A DNA stretch of 64,000 nt from an uncultured cyanobacterium (GCA_963710605.1 CAVQBA010000002.1:184785-248784), one strand, 5' to 3'; positions 30,063-40,994 are shown, numbered from the stretch's first letter. A program made the numbers and translations. The notes: a model not told the origin generated them from the letters alone.

Positions 30063-30440
30063 TTTTCGATTGACTTTTTTTATTTAATTAATACAGTCTC
30101 TACATTTTGATTAATAAAAAATAGATCATGCTTTGATATTTGATTTACAAGACTATTTATTTGAGAAGATTTATCTGAATCATTATATAAATCGATCGAT
30201 ATTATCTGCCTTTTCTCAATGCCAAATTATGAATAGAAGAAGAAAACTTATATTTCAAACCAGCAAAAAAAATCAGGAAAATCCTTTCATCCCAAAAATC
30301 CTGATGCTGACAGATGAATTGATTACTTTAGCTATAACAAGAATATCTCTCTATAAATTGTAATACGATTGCATATTTTGTTATAATTATATTTCCTATA
30401 CTTGACTAAAATTTTACCCAAAAACCAGAGAAAATTACGA

Positions 30441-30668
30441 ATGCTCAAAAAAAATAGTTTTGATTCTAGTCAAATTATGTTCCGTAGTGATTCACTGCTC
30501 AATGCCGCCTCTAACCGTTACAAAATTACTGTAGGAGTAGCAAAACGAGCAAAAGAAAGAAGAAAGCAGGATGCAGATAACATCGAAGAGGTAATGAAGC
30601 CTGTACTTAGAGCTATCATTGAAATGTCTGATGAGCTAACTCAACCTGAAATTATTAGCGATGATTAA
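30441..30668 (+). CDS. rpoZ: RNA polymerase omega subunit
   Basis: [16 protein letters not shown]...[21 protein letters not shown]. Start reassigned to the ATG at 30441. Confidence 0.95.
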   Translation: MLKKNSFDSSQIMFRSDSLLNAASNRYKITVGVAKRAKERRKQDADNIEEVMKPVLRAIIEMSDELTQPEIISDD

Positions 30669-31321
30669 ACCAGCTAAAGTTAGAAGTAAATCAAAAAGAT
30701 TAAAAATATCATCGATCGTTTTGTGTTTACTTTTCATCCCTTTGATCAATATAAGTCAACAGTTGCTAACTAATTTTTGGCAACCAAAACTTTTTGTGAA
30801 TAAAATTAATAACTCTGGTGTAGTTTTCGGCTCAATCTTTACCGCCAGAGTTGGTTTCTGAGCAAATTTATCAGCTACTCCCTCAAATTCCGATCGAAAA
30901 TAATTACATCGGTAAAGAAAGTCAGGATAGAGCAACTCAAAATACATTTATTACTCGTTTAGTACGTTATCATCAATATCAAAAAGCTAGACCAACTGTT
31001 TTTCGTTTAGATTGGAAATTAACTTTAGCTGATTATCTTGGTAAAAATGAAGCTATTAATGAGCAAAGATACCCCGGGTTTTCTACTTTAACCGAAAATC
31101 CGATGGAAAAAGATAAACAAATTATCAAAAATCTCACCAGAAAACAAAGAAACGATTTAGTTAACGCTTTAGTTAGTATCTACAATCCTGACTATAAATT
31201 AGAAGAAAATTCTTCGACTACCAAATCTCCAACTGATGAAGATTCTTCAACAACACAAAACGATTCTCCTGCAAGTTTTGAATTACCAACCCCTGGGAAA
31301 GCAGATTTATTATTACCTTAG
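30661..31321 (+). CDS. Hypothetical exported protein, split by a +1 frameshift near 30829
   Basis: 661 nt (3n+1). Removing one base joins the hydrophobic N-terminus to [15 protein letters not shown]...[13 protein letters not shown]. Confidence 0.7.
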
Positions 31322-31476
31322 TTAACTTTAGTTAACGTCAATGGTGAGCCTTGAATTTAAGTTCAAGGCTCAGATAAAATCGTTCAATATAAAAGTCTCC
31401 TCTTTTCAAGGGGAGATTTAGAGGGGTTGGCGAAAGTATAAGTAATCATCACAAATTCATTCGGCTATATCAACTA

Positions 31477-32760
31477 TTAACAGTCTTTATCAATTGCCAT
31501 AACTACTCCATAAGCATCAATGGGGCAATATCGAATAGCGGCTTGACGAATATCTTCAACTGTCAAACTTCTAATTTGTTCAGCATATTCTAAAGCTGGA
31601 GTTAGTGATTGTAATTGTGAATAATAATAGCCATAAAGATTAGCTTTATCACTAGGTTTTTCGCTTTGAAAAATAAACTGATTAGCTACATTCTGACAAA
31701 CTCTATCTAATTCGGTTTGGGTAACTCCTTGTTGTTGTATCTCTTTAATATGTCCGATAACCGACTCTTGCACTAAAGATATATTATCAGCACTAAGTTG
31801 AGCTGAAACAGAAAATGTACCTTGAAGGTTATAGCTACTATTACTTGCAGAAATGCGATGTACTAAACGACGATTTTCTCTTAAATCACGGAATAGTCTT
31901 GATAGTCTTCCTCTACCCAAAATAACCGCTAAAACATCTAATGCTAATGTTTGCTCAATCTCCATTAATCCCGGCACTCGCCACATCATGATTAAACGAG
32001 ATTGTTGTAGAGATTCATCGTTATATTCATCGGTAACGATATTAGTAAAGGGTAATTCGGGAGTATAATCTAAAGGAGTGGGTTGAGAACGTGATTTTTG
32101 GTCATGAAGATCGATCGTCTCGATTATTTTTTGGGTTAACTCTTCAGTAGGTAAATCACCCACAGCAATAACAGTCATGCCACTAGGCTGATACCAACTA
32201 TCATGAAAAGACTGCATTTGAGTTGCTGTTACTTGTTCGATTATTTCGCTAGTACCTAAAATAGGACGACTATAAGGTAGATTAGGAAACGCCATATTCA
32301 ACGTTTTTTCGGCAACTCTACGCCCTGGATTATCTTTCGCCCTTCTAATTTCTTCTAAAACAACTAATCTTTCTCTTTCAAACTCCTCTGTAGGAATAAG
32401 CGGATTACAAACTAAATCTAATTGTAACGGTAAAATATCGGCAAAATCTTGAGGTGCGCTAGTAAAATAATAATGAGTATATTCTTGACTAGTTGCCGCA
32501 TTAGTAACTGCACCTTTAGCTTCTAATAAACGCTCATATTCTCCCGCCGCTAAATTGGGCGTACCTTTAAAGATCATATGTTCTAAAAAATGAGCCATAC
32601 CATTAATCTCATTAGATTCGATCGCCGAACCCATATTCATCCAGATATTGAGGTTAACAGCCGATACAGGTATTTGTTCTGTGATAATGGTCAAACCATT
32701 GCTTAATTTAGTAATACAAGGAGAATGGGCAGATTGTGGTTTAGTTACAGCAAAGGTCAT
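31477..32760 (-). CDS. M16 (insulinase/pitrilysin) family zinc peptidase
   Basis: GMAHFLEHMIFKGT (HXXEH), NAATSQEYT, ERLVVLEE. Confidence 0.95.
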   Translation of the reverse strand: MTFAVTKPQSAHSPCITKLSNGLTIITEQIPVSAVNLNIWMNMGSAIESNEINGMAHFLEHMIFKGTPNLAAGEYERLLEAKGAVTNAATSQEYTHYYFTSAPQDFADILPLQLDLVCNPLIPTEEFERERLVVLEEIRRAKDNPGRRVAEKTLNMAFPNLPYSRPILGTSEIIEQVTATQMQSFHDSWYQPSGMTVIAVGDLPTEELTQKIIETIDLHDQKSRSQPTPLDYTPELPFTNIVTDEYNDESLQQSRLIMMWRVPGLMEIEQTLALDVLAVILGRGRLSRLFRDLRENRRLVHRISASNSSYNLQGTFSVSAQLSADNISLVQESVIGHIKEIQQQGVTQTELDRVCQNVANQFIFQSEKPSDKANLYGYYYSQLQSLTPALEYAEQIRSLTVEDIRQAAIRYCPIDAYGVVMAIDKDC

Positions 32761-33072
32761 GGAGTGCGGTTATTTGATGAGGTTTATTGGTTGTTTTTAT
32801 CTCTATCGTAACAGGTATCCATTTTTAATGTGTCGATTTGTAACGATCGTACCTTAACAAAGGGAAAAGGTCAAAGGGCAAAGGGCAAAGGGTAAGAGTT
32901 AAATTTATTCATTCTTCTTACTTATTACTCAAAGGCAAAGCTTAAAACCCTCGATATAAGAATCGATCGTTTATCTTGAGTGTCAACATTCACACTTGTT
33001 TAAATGTGTATCTTTTATCCTAGTATTTATATTTGCAAATAAATTATATCTGTAAATTGGTAATCTAAAGAT

Positions 33073-34254
33073 ATGGATAACAATAAAATTCACTGGAATC
33101 AATTGAGTGCTATTACTATTGTGCAGGGTGTAATGACTTTAACATGGTTAGCTTACGTCTTGTATTTACCAAAATTGCTAGTTGAGTTAGGTTATTCGCC
33201 ACAATTAGCCCGAACTTTAATCATTATCGAACATTTGTTGCAAATGGCGATCGAACCTATATTTGGTTTACTATCCGATCGACAAAATTTTGAGTTAGGT
33301 AATCGTTTACCTTATATTACCTTTGGTATCATATTATCATCAAGTTTTTTCCTTATTCTACCTCTTGCCGCTTTAACTATTTCCCCAGATAGTCAATGGC
33401 GATGGTTATTGCCTTTTTTAGCGGTATTATGGGCTTCAACAATGTCAATCTTTCGTAGCCCAGTATTAGCCCTACTCACTAAAATTGCTCCTCAAACTCA
33501 ATTACCTATAGCAGTTAGTGCCTTGACTTTAGTTGAACAATTAACTCGCTCTTTACGTTTTTTTGCTTCTGATTTTATTCTTCAGTTAGGAGCATTATTT
33601 ACCTTTTCGTTGGGTTCATTTTCTTTCTTAGTTTCGATTGTTTTTTTACGTTATATGTTTGGTGTGTCTTCGTTGCCACCAAGACAAAATACTGAGTCTC
33701 AATCTCTTGTCTGTTGGATTCAAGTGATTACTATTTTTATTACAGGAATTTGTTTAGGTTTAGGTTCCAGGTTTTTATTTAGTATTCTTCCTCAAGTATT
33801 CACGATGTATCAAGGGAAAGAATTTGTTAGTCAAGGGATGTTAATCTTTGGTTTGTGCTTAGCTTTTAATGCTTTGCCCACAGGAAAATTAGCCGCTAAA
33901 TACAATCCGAATAAAATATTGATTATAGCTTTATTAACAACAGCGATCGGTTTACTAGTTTTAAGACAATCATTTACTTTAGCTGTGGTTATTTTAATTT
34001 TACTAATCATCAATTTTAGTTTTGCAACTATTTTAAATACGATAATTCCTTTTGTTTTAACAGTGATACCAATCAGCCGAGCAGGTTTAGGGATTGGTCT
34101 CTATTTAGCTGGTTTCGGGGGTGGTTTGAGCTTTTTTGATTTATTTATCAATACTCAAATAAAATTCGATCTGCTTTCATTACAGGGGAATATTTGCTTT
34201 ACTATTGCCAGTATTATTGTTTATTGGGCAACGGTCAAATTAAGTAAGAAGTAA
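33073..34254 (+). CDS. MFS transporter
   Basis: About 12 hydrophobic segments, GLLSDR motif A. Confidence 0.85.
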   Translation: MDNNKIHWNQLSAITIVQGVMTLTWLAYVLYLPKLLVELGYSPQLARTLIIIEHLLQMAIEPIFGLLSDRQNFELGNRLPYITFGIILSSSFFLILPLAALTISPDSQWRWLLPFLAVLWASTMSIFRSPVLALLTKIAPQTQLPIAVSALTLVEQLTRSLRFFASDFILQLGALFTFSLGSFSFLVSIVFLRYMFGVSSLPPRQNTESQSLVCWIQVITIFITGICLGLGSRFLFSILPQVFTMYQGKEFVSQGMLIFGLCLAFNALPTGKLAAKYNPNKILIIALLTTAIGLLVLRQSFTLAVVILILLIINFSFATILNTIIPFVLTVIPISRAGLGIGLYLAGFGGGLSFFDLFINTQIKFDLLSLQGNICFTIASIIVYWATVKLSKK

Positions 34255-34286
34255 GAAGTAAGAAGTAAGAAGTAAGAAGTAAGAAG
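34241..34286. repeat. Heptamer short tandem repeat (AAGTAAG)n
   Basis: About six copies overlapping the MFS stop codon. Confidence 0.85.
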
Positions 34287-34319
34287 ATTGTCTTTGATTC
34301 TCAATTCTCAATTCTTTCC

Positions 34320-34993
34320 CTAGCGTCTTCTTTTGATTTCAAATTCAGCTCGACACCCCTCATCAACCCAGATACCGTCTCGATCGTATCCCCATGTTTC
34401 GTCTTCCCAACAACCATCGTTACTTAATTGACGTTTCATGACTACTCGCTCGTTTCGACGAATATTGGTTGTACAACGAGTATATTTACCATTTTTAGAA
34501 CTACATTTAATGTTGTCATCGTCATAGTTATTATTATTACTACTACTGTTATTGTTACTACTACTGTTACTATCCGAACCAGATACAAGTGCACCGATAA
34601 GCGCACCAACGATTAAACTACCACCAACGATCGCCGCTGTATTGCTATTACTTGTATGATGGTTGTTATTATTATGGTGGTTGTTTTATTGTTGTTATTG
34701 TTGTTATTGTTATTATTATTTCCTCTATTTCTCACAGAAAATTCACCACTACAACCTTGATCAACCCAGACACCGTTTCGATCGTATCCCCAGTTATCTC
34801 CTTCACGACATCTAGTATTACTAATTTGTTTACGTAACTTTACTCTTCCACCTGTTTTGATATTACAATATTGGTATCTGCCCTTACGAGATTCACAGGT
34901 AATTGTTCGCTCGGCTGTTGCAGGTGTTGCTTGAATTAATAATCCGCAGGTGATGACACTAATTAAAGTTAATTTTGGCAAATGTTTGAGCAT
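34320..34993 (-). CDS. DUF3011-like secreted Cys-rich protein, -1 frameshift near 34685 in an Asn repeat
   Basis: 674 nt (3n-1). Two CxS...C...WGYDRxGxWVDxGC domains. 3' half is near-identical to the 35117 paralogue. Confidence 0.8.
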
Positions 34994-35067
34994 GATTAAT
35001 ATTTTTCTTGATTACTTACTTGAATTTAAATAATTGACTATAAAATTTTTGTTAGTACGATCGTGCA

Positions 35068-35100
35068 TTATAGGGTAGGTATATATTATTTACCCTATAA
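35068..35100 (-). terminator. Hairpin between the DUF3011 paralogues
   Basis: TTATAGGGTA...TACCCTATAA inverted repeat just after the 35117 stop. Confidence 0.45.
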
Positions 35101-35116
35101 CTATTAAAAACTAAGT

Positions 35117-35728
35117 TTAGCGTTGTCGTCTCTTAATTTCAAATTCAGCTCGACATCCCTCATCAACCCAGATACCGTCTCTGTCGTATCCCCATGTTTC
35201 GTCTTCCCAACAACCATCGTTACTTAATTGACGTTTCATCACAACTCGTTCATCCCGACGAATATCAGCTTCACAACGAGTATATTTACTATTTGTAGAA
35301 GCACATTTGATATTGTCATCACTACTACTATCATTATCCGAACCTGATGTCAACGCACCAACAAGTGCACCGACGATTAAAGCACCACCAATAGCGGCTA
35401 TTGTATCACCACCACTATCACTTGTATGATGATGATCGTTATGGCTATTTCCTCCTTTACTTTTGATCCTAAATTCACCACTACAACCTTTATCAACCCA
35501 GATACCATGTGTATCAAATCCCCAGTTTTCGTCTTCACGACATCTAGTCTTACTAGTTTGTGAGATTAGTTTTACTTCTCCACTTATTTTATGCTCACAA
35601 TAATGATATCTATTTTTGTTAGATTCACAGGTTACTACTTTTTCTTCTGCTGAGGCAGGTGTTGATTGAATTAGTAATCCACAAGTTATGGCACTAATTA
35701 AGCTTAATTTCCGAAAATGTTTGATCAT
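35117..35728 (-). CDS. DUF3011-like secreted Cys-rich protein
   Basis: Signal peptide, two CxS...WG...IWVDxGC domains separated by a glycine-zipper-like helix. Confidence 0.85.
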   Translation of the reverse strand: MIKHFRKLSLISAITCGLLIQSTPASAEEKVVTCESNKNRYHYCEHKISGEVKLISQTSKTRCREDENWGFDTHGIWVDKGCSGEFRIKSKGGNSHNDHHHTSDSGGDTIAAIGGALIVGALVGALTSGSDNDSSSDDNIKCASTNSKYTRCEADIRRDERVVMKRQLSNDGCWEDETWGYDRDGIWVDEGCRAEFEIKRRQR

Positions 35729-35873
35729 GATTAATATTTTTTTTGATTACTCAAATACAAATTGGTAAATAGATGACAGTGAACAAATGACAGATATAAT
35801 TTTCAAAAATAGTCTCAATTTATGCTGAGCATAATGATCACTGAGCGAGGTAGAAGTGCCGAAGTATTCTCAA

Positions 35874-36851
35874 TTATTTAGAAGCTACACATTGAGAAAC
35901 TTTTTCTAATTTTTGAGATTGAGTATTGTTTAAATCAACATTTTTCCAGACAGAATCACCATTAGTTTTAAACCAAGATAAGTTATCTTTAATTAGATTG
36001 ACAACAGGATCAATTTTTTGACAATCTTGCTCGGCGGTGGTTATCAAATAAGATTGTACGGCTAATGTTTCTAAGGCTTCACTTTGCCAAGTGTAAGTAT
36101 TAGCCTGAAGAGTGATAGGAGTATATAACTGAGAGTAAAATTCATCGTCAGCTTTTGTTTCTAAACTAACAGGTAGCAAATGAAAATTGTCTTCAGGTAA
36201 AATTTGTTCATTCAATACTTTACTCGGCATTCCTGTGACATAAAATACCGCATCAACTTCTTTTTCTCTGAGGGCAAAAAGTGCTCTTTTGATATCATAG
36301 GTAAATAATGCTTCTGGAGCAATTCCCCACTGATAAAGCAATGTTGAGGCTGTTGTGTTAGTACCGCTACCTCGATCGCCTATTGCTACTTTTTTCCCCG
36401 CTAATTCAGTGACTGAGTTAATATCTTTACTGGTGATAATATATACTTCTTCTTGATAAAGAGGCATTAAAGTACGTAAGTTTTCTGCTTGTAAACGTGC
36501 TTGTGTGTCGTCATTAGCAAAAGTATTTAAAAAAGCTAATGTATCTGCTTGAGTGATTCCTAAGGGTACAGTAGAGTAGGCAAAAACATCGTGAATATTT
36601 TGTAATGCACCTCTAGTTGGCATTACATCAATATCCATATTTTTTTCTCGTGCTAGTTTTTCAATATCTTTAGCAACAGCGTAATATTCACCTGACTCCT
36701 CACCTGCTACGATCGTTATTTCTTGATTATTTGAAGAGACTGGGGCGGCAATTATTGTGTTTTTAGACATCACTAAAACAAATAATACTGCAATGACTGC
36801 TAACATTCCACAGGTCAAATAATAATACAATCTGTTTTTGGTCATTATCAT
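35874..36851 (-). CDS. TAXI-family TRAP solute-binding protein
   Basis: GEESGEYY, PTRGALQNI, LGITQAD, LYQEEV, LAGKKVAIGDRGSGT. Confidence 0.88.
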   Translation of the reverse strand: MIMTKNRLYYYLTCGMLAVIAVLFVLVMSKNTIIAAPVSSNNQEITIVAGEESGEYYAVAKDIEKLAREKNMDIDVMPTRGALQNIHDVFAYSTVPLGITQADTLAFLNTFANDDTQARLQAENLRTLMPLYQEEVYIITSKDINSVTELAGKKVAIGDRGSGTNTTASTLLYQWGIAPEALFTYDIKRALFALREKEVDAVFYVTGMPSKVLNEQILPEDNFHLLPVSLETKADDEFYSQLYTPITLQANTYTWQSEALETLAVQSYLITTAEQDCQKIDPVVNLIKDNLSWFKTNGDSVWKNVDLNNTQSQKLEKVSQCVASK

Positions 36852-37166
36852 GTTTAGTTAGGGATAAATAAAATAGTTTGACGATCGATTATTTCTAAGT
36901 TCAGTTCATTTTTAATGATTTAGTGACAATTTAATGATTAAAATAAGTTGTCTAAGACAATTCAAATTAATTCAACAAAAACTAGTCATTTAAACTGGTT
37001 TCTCAGATTTAATCTTTTCCAATTCGATCGTAATTTATTTTATCCTTAAAGAAAAGTTATCGAAAAAGAAATTAACAATAATTTATACGCTTAAACTCAG
37101 GTAAATTAAATTCAATAATTAAACCAACTCAGAGTTTGTAATTGAATCTATCTAACTGTTGAAAAA

Positions 37167-37622
37167 TTAACTGTTTTGTAATTCTGCTGAATTTTGATAA
37201 CCATAAAAATCAATTTTATAGTATGCTACCTTAACACCTGTTTTCGCTTCGATCGTTTCAATTATATCTGAAGGTAACTCAACTTTCACATTAACTATTT
37301 GGTCAGTATCAATAACATTAACATGACTATGCTCTCCGCCATCATTACCATACAATCTGCCATCGTGTCTTTCTAAACACTCAATAATACCATGTTCGGA
37401 TAATGCTTCTAAATTTTGGTAAACAGAATGATAAGGAATATTTTTGCCTTGTTGGCTTAAAAGTTCATAAACTTGTTTAACACAAAGATGTTTTTTTTCT
37501 TGCCATAATAAATCTAGAATAATTCGCCGAGGACGAGAAATTCTCATTCCTAATTTATGACAACGATTGATGGCATCGTTGAGAGATTGGATCGGTTTTT
37601 TTTGGCAACCCTCAGAATTCAT
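37167..37622 (-). CDS. Fur-family regulator (FurC/PerR-like)
   Basis: LGMRISRPRRIILDLLW, SVYQNLEALS, HSHVN. Start taken at MNSEG. Confidence 0.85.
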   Translation of the reverse strand: MNSEGCQKKPIQSLNDAINRCHKLGMRISRPRRIILDLLWQEKKHLCVKQVYELLSQQGKNIPYHSVYQNLEALSEHGIIECLERHDGRLYGNDGGEHSHVNVIDTDQIVNVKVELPSDIIETIEAKTGVKVAYYKIDFYGYQNSAELQNS

Positions 37623-37709
37623 ATTATAATTTTGATTGATTTTTAAATTCACTATTATCTTAATTTTACTCAAGTAAGAAAAAATTAGAAATTCTTTTGT
37701 TAAAAATAC

Positions 37710-38510
37710 ATGATTTGGCTTATTGGTGGTACTTCAGAAAGCGTTATTATAGCTCAATTGATCGTTGAGTGTCGTCTCGGTTTTGTGGTGTCGGTAACTA
37801 CCGCAAATGCCCGTCATCTCTACGATCGTTTTGATAGTAGTGAGTTTTCTTCTATTTTTGTTGGCAAACTGACTGATTTAACTATACCTGTTTTTTTACA
37901 AAAGTATCACATTACTAAGGTGATTGATTGCTCTCATCCGTTTGCTCGTAACATTTCTCAATCTGTGATTGACATTTGTCGCTCTTTGTGCATCAGTTAT
38001 TTAAGATTTGAGCGTAAAACTGTTTCCCCCACAACTAACAGTTTAGTAACTCAGGTGTCATCATTAGAAACTTTAGTAACTGATAATTCTCCTTTAGCCA
38101 ATAAAAGAGTGTTACTCACGATCGGGGCTAAGAATTTGTTTATCTTTAAAGATTATCACGATCGATCTTCTCTTTATGCCCGTATTTTACCTTACCCAGA
38201 ATCATTAGATTTAGCCTATCAAGCAGGTTTTGGCTGTTCACAAATTATTGCCATCCGTCCACCTTTTACGCCCGAATTTGAACAAGCCTTATGGCAATTA
38301 TGGCAGATAGAAGTGGTGGTAACTAAAGCAGGAGGCAAAGCAGGAGGAGAAGACATCAAATATCAAGTAGCCCAACAATTAAATATACCGTTGATTGTGA
38401 TCGATCGTCCCGATATAATTTATCCTCAACTAACTAATTGCTTAAATCAGGTGCAAGAATTTATTTCTAGTTCCCCCTTACAAAGGGGGCTAGGGGGATT
38501 GTACTTATAA
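37710..38510 (+). CDS. cobK: Precorrin-6A/cobalt-precorrin-6A reductase
   Basis: IWLIGGTSES, IDCSHPFA, YLRFER, VVVTKAGG. Confidence 0.93.
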   Translation: MIWLIGGTSESVIIAQLIVECRLGFVVSVTTANARHLYDRFDSSEFSSIFVGKLTDLTIPVFLQKYHITKVIDCSHPFARNISQSVIDICRSLCISYLRFERKTVSPTTNSLVTQVSSLETLVTDNSPLANKRVLLTIGAKNLFIFKDYHDRSSLYARILPYPESLDLAYQAGFGCSQIIAIRPPFTPEFEQALWQLWQIEVVVTKAGGKAGGEDIKYQVAQQLNIPLIVIDRPDIIYPQLTNCLNQVQEFISSSPLQRGLGGLYL

Positions 38511-38702
38511 AGGGAGTTATAAAATAGTATTTAGAGAATGTTCCCTCCTTTGAAGGAGGGGTTAGAGGAGGTCTAAACGTTTTAAATAACTCGCTTTTTG
38601 CTATACCTGATTAGACAAAAATAAAATAATAGCGTTTCCTGTAATTACTCTAAATTAAAGTCCCCCTTTCAAAGGGGGATTTAGGGGGATTATCAAGCTA
38701 TA
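38470..38702. repeat. Cluster of three CCCCCTT-N3-AAGGGGG-type REP hairpins
   Basis: Copies near 38472, 38542 and 38660. The family also occurs near 31396, 44050, 45118 and 63189. Confidence 0.8.
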
Positions 38703-38804
38703 TCAAAAAATATCATAAAAAAATACAATCTTCAAAACCTTATCAGATAATGAATTTACTATTTTTGAGCAATTAACTTAAAAAATTTTTTAAATAAAGT
38801 GATA

Positions 38805-38827
38805 GGTTTTTTATTTGTGCTGGGTAA
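38805..38827 (+). promoter_or_regulatory. Putative SigF-dependent promoter of pilA1
   Basis: GGTTT-N12-GGGTAA about 60 nt upstream of the pilin ATG. GGGTAA is the known cyanobacterial SigF -10/-12 element. Confidence 0.65.
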
Positions 38828-38887
38828 TGTGTTTATAGAGAGAAAAAAAGAATTTTTAAATTAAATAAACCACTGGAGCAAAAACCC

Positions 38888-39394
38888 ATGAAACCTGAAG
38901 TAACTTTAAAATATTTAGCCTACGTCCGTAACAAGAAAAAACAAACAGGCGAAGAAGGTTTTACCTTAATCGAACTATTAGTTGTTGTAATCATTATCGG
39001 TGTACTCGCCGCCGTTGCCTTACCTAACCTCTTAAGCCAAGTAGGTAAAGCTCGTGAAACTGAACTAAAAAACTTTGTCGGTACAACTATTCGCTCAGAA
39101 CAAGCATACCACTTCGAGCGTCAAACCTTTACAACATCTTTAGCAAACTTAGGTGTTACCTACGACAGTCAATACATCACAGGAGAAGGTATAACCGCAT
39201 CTGCAACTGCTGCAACTGTTGCACCGGTAAATGCGAGTGCAATCAATGATGGTACACGTGCTTATAGTGGTGGAATTGAGTTCGCAGCGGGTAACTATTC
39301 TCAGGTAGTTTGTCAAAGTGATGTACCCGCAACTAACTTAGCCGTTCCTACTACTGGTACTACCTGTCCTGCTAATAGTGTTACTGTTGAATAA
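38888..39394 (+). CDS. pilA1: Type IV major pilin
   Basis: Class III signal G|FTLIELLVVVIIIGVLAAVALP, C-terminal Cys pair. Confidence 0.93.
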   Translation: MKPEVTLKYLAYVRNKKKQTGEEGFTLIELLVVVIIIGVLAAVALPNLLSQVGKARETELKNFVGTTIRSEQAYHFERQTFTTSLANLGVTYDSQYITGEGITASATAATVAPVNASAINDGTRAYSGGIEFAAGNYSQVVCQSDVPATNLAVPTTGTTCPANSVTVE

Positions 39395-39457
39395 TTCACG
39401 CTTGATGTATAGTTAATTTATACTATATATGCTTAATTATTAATAATTATATTTTGT

Positions 39458-39489
39458 AAATAGCTGGGTATTTTTTTACCCGGCTATTT
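39458..39489 (+). terminator. Rho-independent terminator-like hairpin after pilA1
   Basis: AAATAGCTGGGTA...TACCCGGCTATTT. Confidence 0.7.
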
Positions 39490-39615
39490 ATTTGAAAATG
39501 ATATTTAGTTAATTATCAAGTAAAAAATGTTTGCCGATTACAGCAAATTAATCATCGTCATTGAAACAAGTAGACAAAGTGAAAATAAAGTAAGTAATTT
39601 TTAGAGAAAACAGTT

Positions 39616-40128
39616 ATGAACAAAAGTAAATTTTATCTCCTCAAACATACTTTACTTCCTAACAGTGATTCATCTGGATTTACCTTAATTGAATTATTAG
39701 TCGTCGTCATTATTTTGGGAATATTAGCGGCGGTAGCTGTGCCTAATTTTCTTAATCAAGTGGGTAAATCTAGAGAAGTAGAAATTCAAAATACTCTAGG
39801 TACAATCAATCGGGCTCAACAAGCTTATCATTTCGAGAGACAAGTTTTTGTTCAAGGTGCTAATGATACCGAATCTTTAGAAAGACTAGGAGTTTCGATA
39901 GATAATATATATATTGATGCTTATAATATAGTGGATAATGGCAATTCGGCGACAACTTCTTTAGTAAATAACCAATTTAGTTTAGATGGTACTCGTGCTT
40001 ATTCTGGAGGGATGTTTTTTAACGCGGGTATATATCAAGGTACAAGTTGTCGCTCAGTAAATGTATTATCCTCAATACCTGCTCCTACCTCAGCTAATGA
40101 TTGCGGTACTCATCTTCTTTTAAATTAG
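39616..40128 (+). CDS. pilA2: Second type IV pilin
   Basis: G|FTLIELLVVVIILGILAAVAVP; paralogue of the upstream pilin. Confidence 0.88.
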   Translation: MNKSKFYLLKHTLLPNSDSSGFTLIELLVVVIILGILAAVAVPNFLNQVGKSREVEIQNTLGTINRAQQAYHFERQVFVQGANDTESLERLGVSIDNIYIDAYNIVDNGNSATTSLVNNQFSLDGTRAYSGGMFFNAGIYQGTSCRSVNVLSSIPAPTSANDCGTHLLLN

Positions 40129-40176
40129 TTATTTTTAGATTAAAATAGTCATCAAAGTGGTTTATTCATAATTGAA

Positions 40177-40956
40177 ATGCTCAAACAAAATAAATACACT
40201 AAATCTGTTTTAAATCTTATTTTATTAGCTTTTTGTTTTTTAGGTATTATTAAATTACAAACACCTTCTTTAAACCAAGAAACTAAAATTGATTTAGATT
40301 ATCTAGAGAGGCAACAAAGAATTAAACAGTCTGAGTTAAATTTATTCGCTCGTACACCTTATTTTGGTTTTAACAATCTAGTCTCTGATTGGTTGTTTTT
40401 AAATTTCATTGGCTATTATGGTGATGCAGAAGCCAGAGAAATTAATGGTTACAATTTATTAGTTGATTATTATGAGTTGATTGTTAAAACTGACCCTCGT
40501 TTTGTTCAAGCATATTTTAATTTAGACCCTGCGACTACCTATTTTGCAGGAAGACCAGACAAAAGTGTGGCATTCATGAATTATGGTTTGCAATACATCG
40601 AACCCAACCAGCTTTTAGCCTACCAGATATGGCTTTTTAAAGCAACAAACGAACTGCTGTTTTTAGGAAATACACCAGAAGCCAAAAAATCTTTTCAAAT
40701 GGCGGCTAAATGGGTAAAGATAGAAAATACAGAAAATAGTGCCTCTTTTTCCCAGATATTTAAGACTACAGCCAAATATTTAGAAGATAATCCTGATAGT
40801 AGAAATGCTCGATTGAGTTCATGGTTAATGGTTTTAGATCGTGCTAGAGACGAAACGGTAAAACAGTTTGCTTTGCAGAAATTAGAAGAGTTGGGTGCAC
40901 AAATCATTGTTGAAGGAAATTCGCTATCAGTAAAGATGCCACCTGAAGATGAATAG
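40177..40956 (+). CDS. Conserved pilin-locus hypothetical protein with N-terminal membrane anchor
   Basis: FGFNNLVSDWLFLNFIGYYGD motif; located between pilA2 and the OGT-like gene. Confidence 0.75.
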   Translation: MLKQNKYTKSVLNLILLAFCFLGIIKLQTPSLNQETKIDLDYLERQQRIKQSELNLFARTPYFGFNNLVSDWLFLNFIGYYGDAEAREINGYNLLVDYYELIVKTDPRFVQAYFNLDPATTYFAGRPDKSVAFMNYGLQYIEPNQLLAYQIWLFKATNELLFLGNTPEAKKSFQMAAKWVKIENTENSASFSQIFKTTAKYLEDNPDSRNARLSSWLMVLDRARDETVKQFALQKLEELGAQIIVEGNSLSVKMPPEDE

Positions 40957-40994
40957 AGATAAACTAAGATAAAGTTTTTTTTCGAGGTTTCTAG

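Noticed and set aside
30133-30363. 76-aa ORF downstream of ffs
   Set aside because: TTG start, AT-rich and no recognisable motif; probably the rpoZ upstream region.
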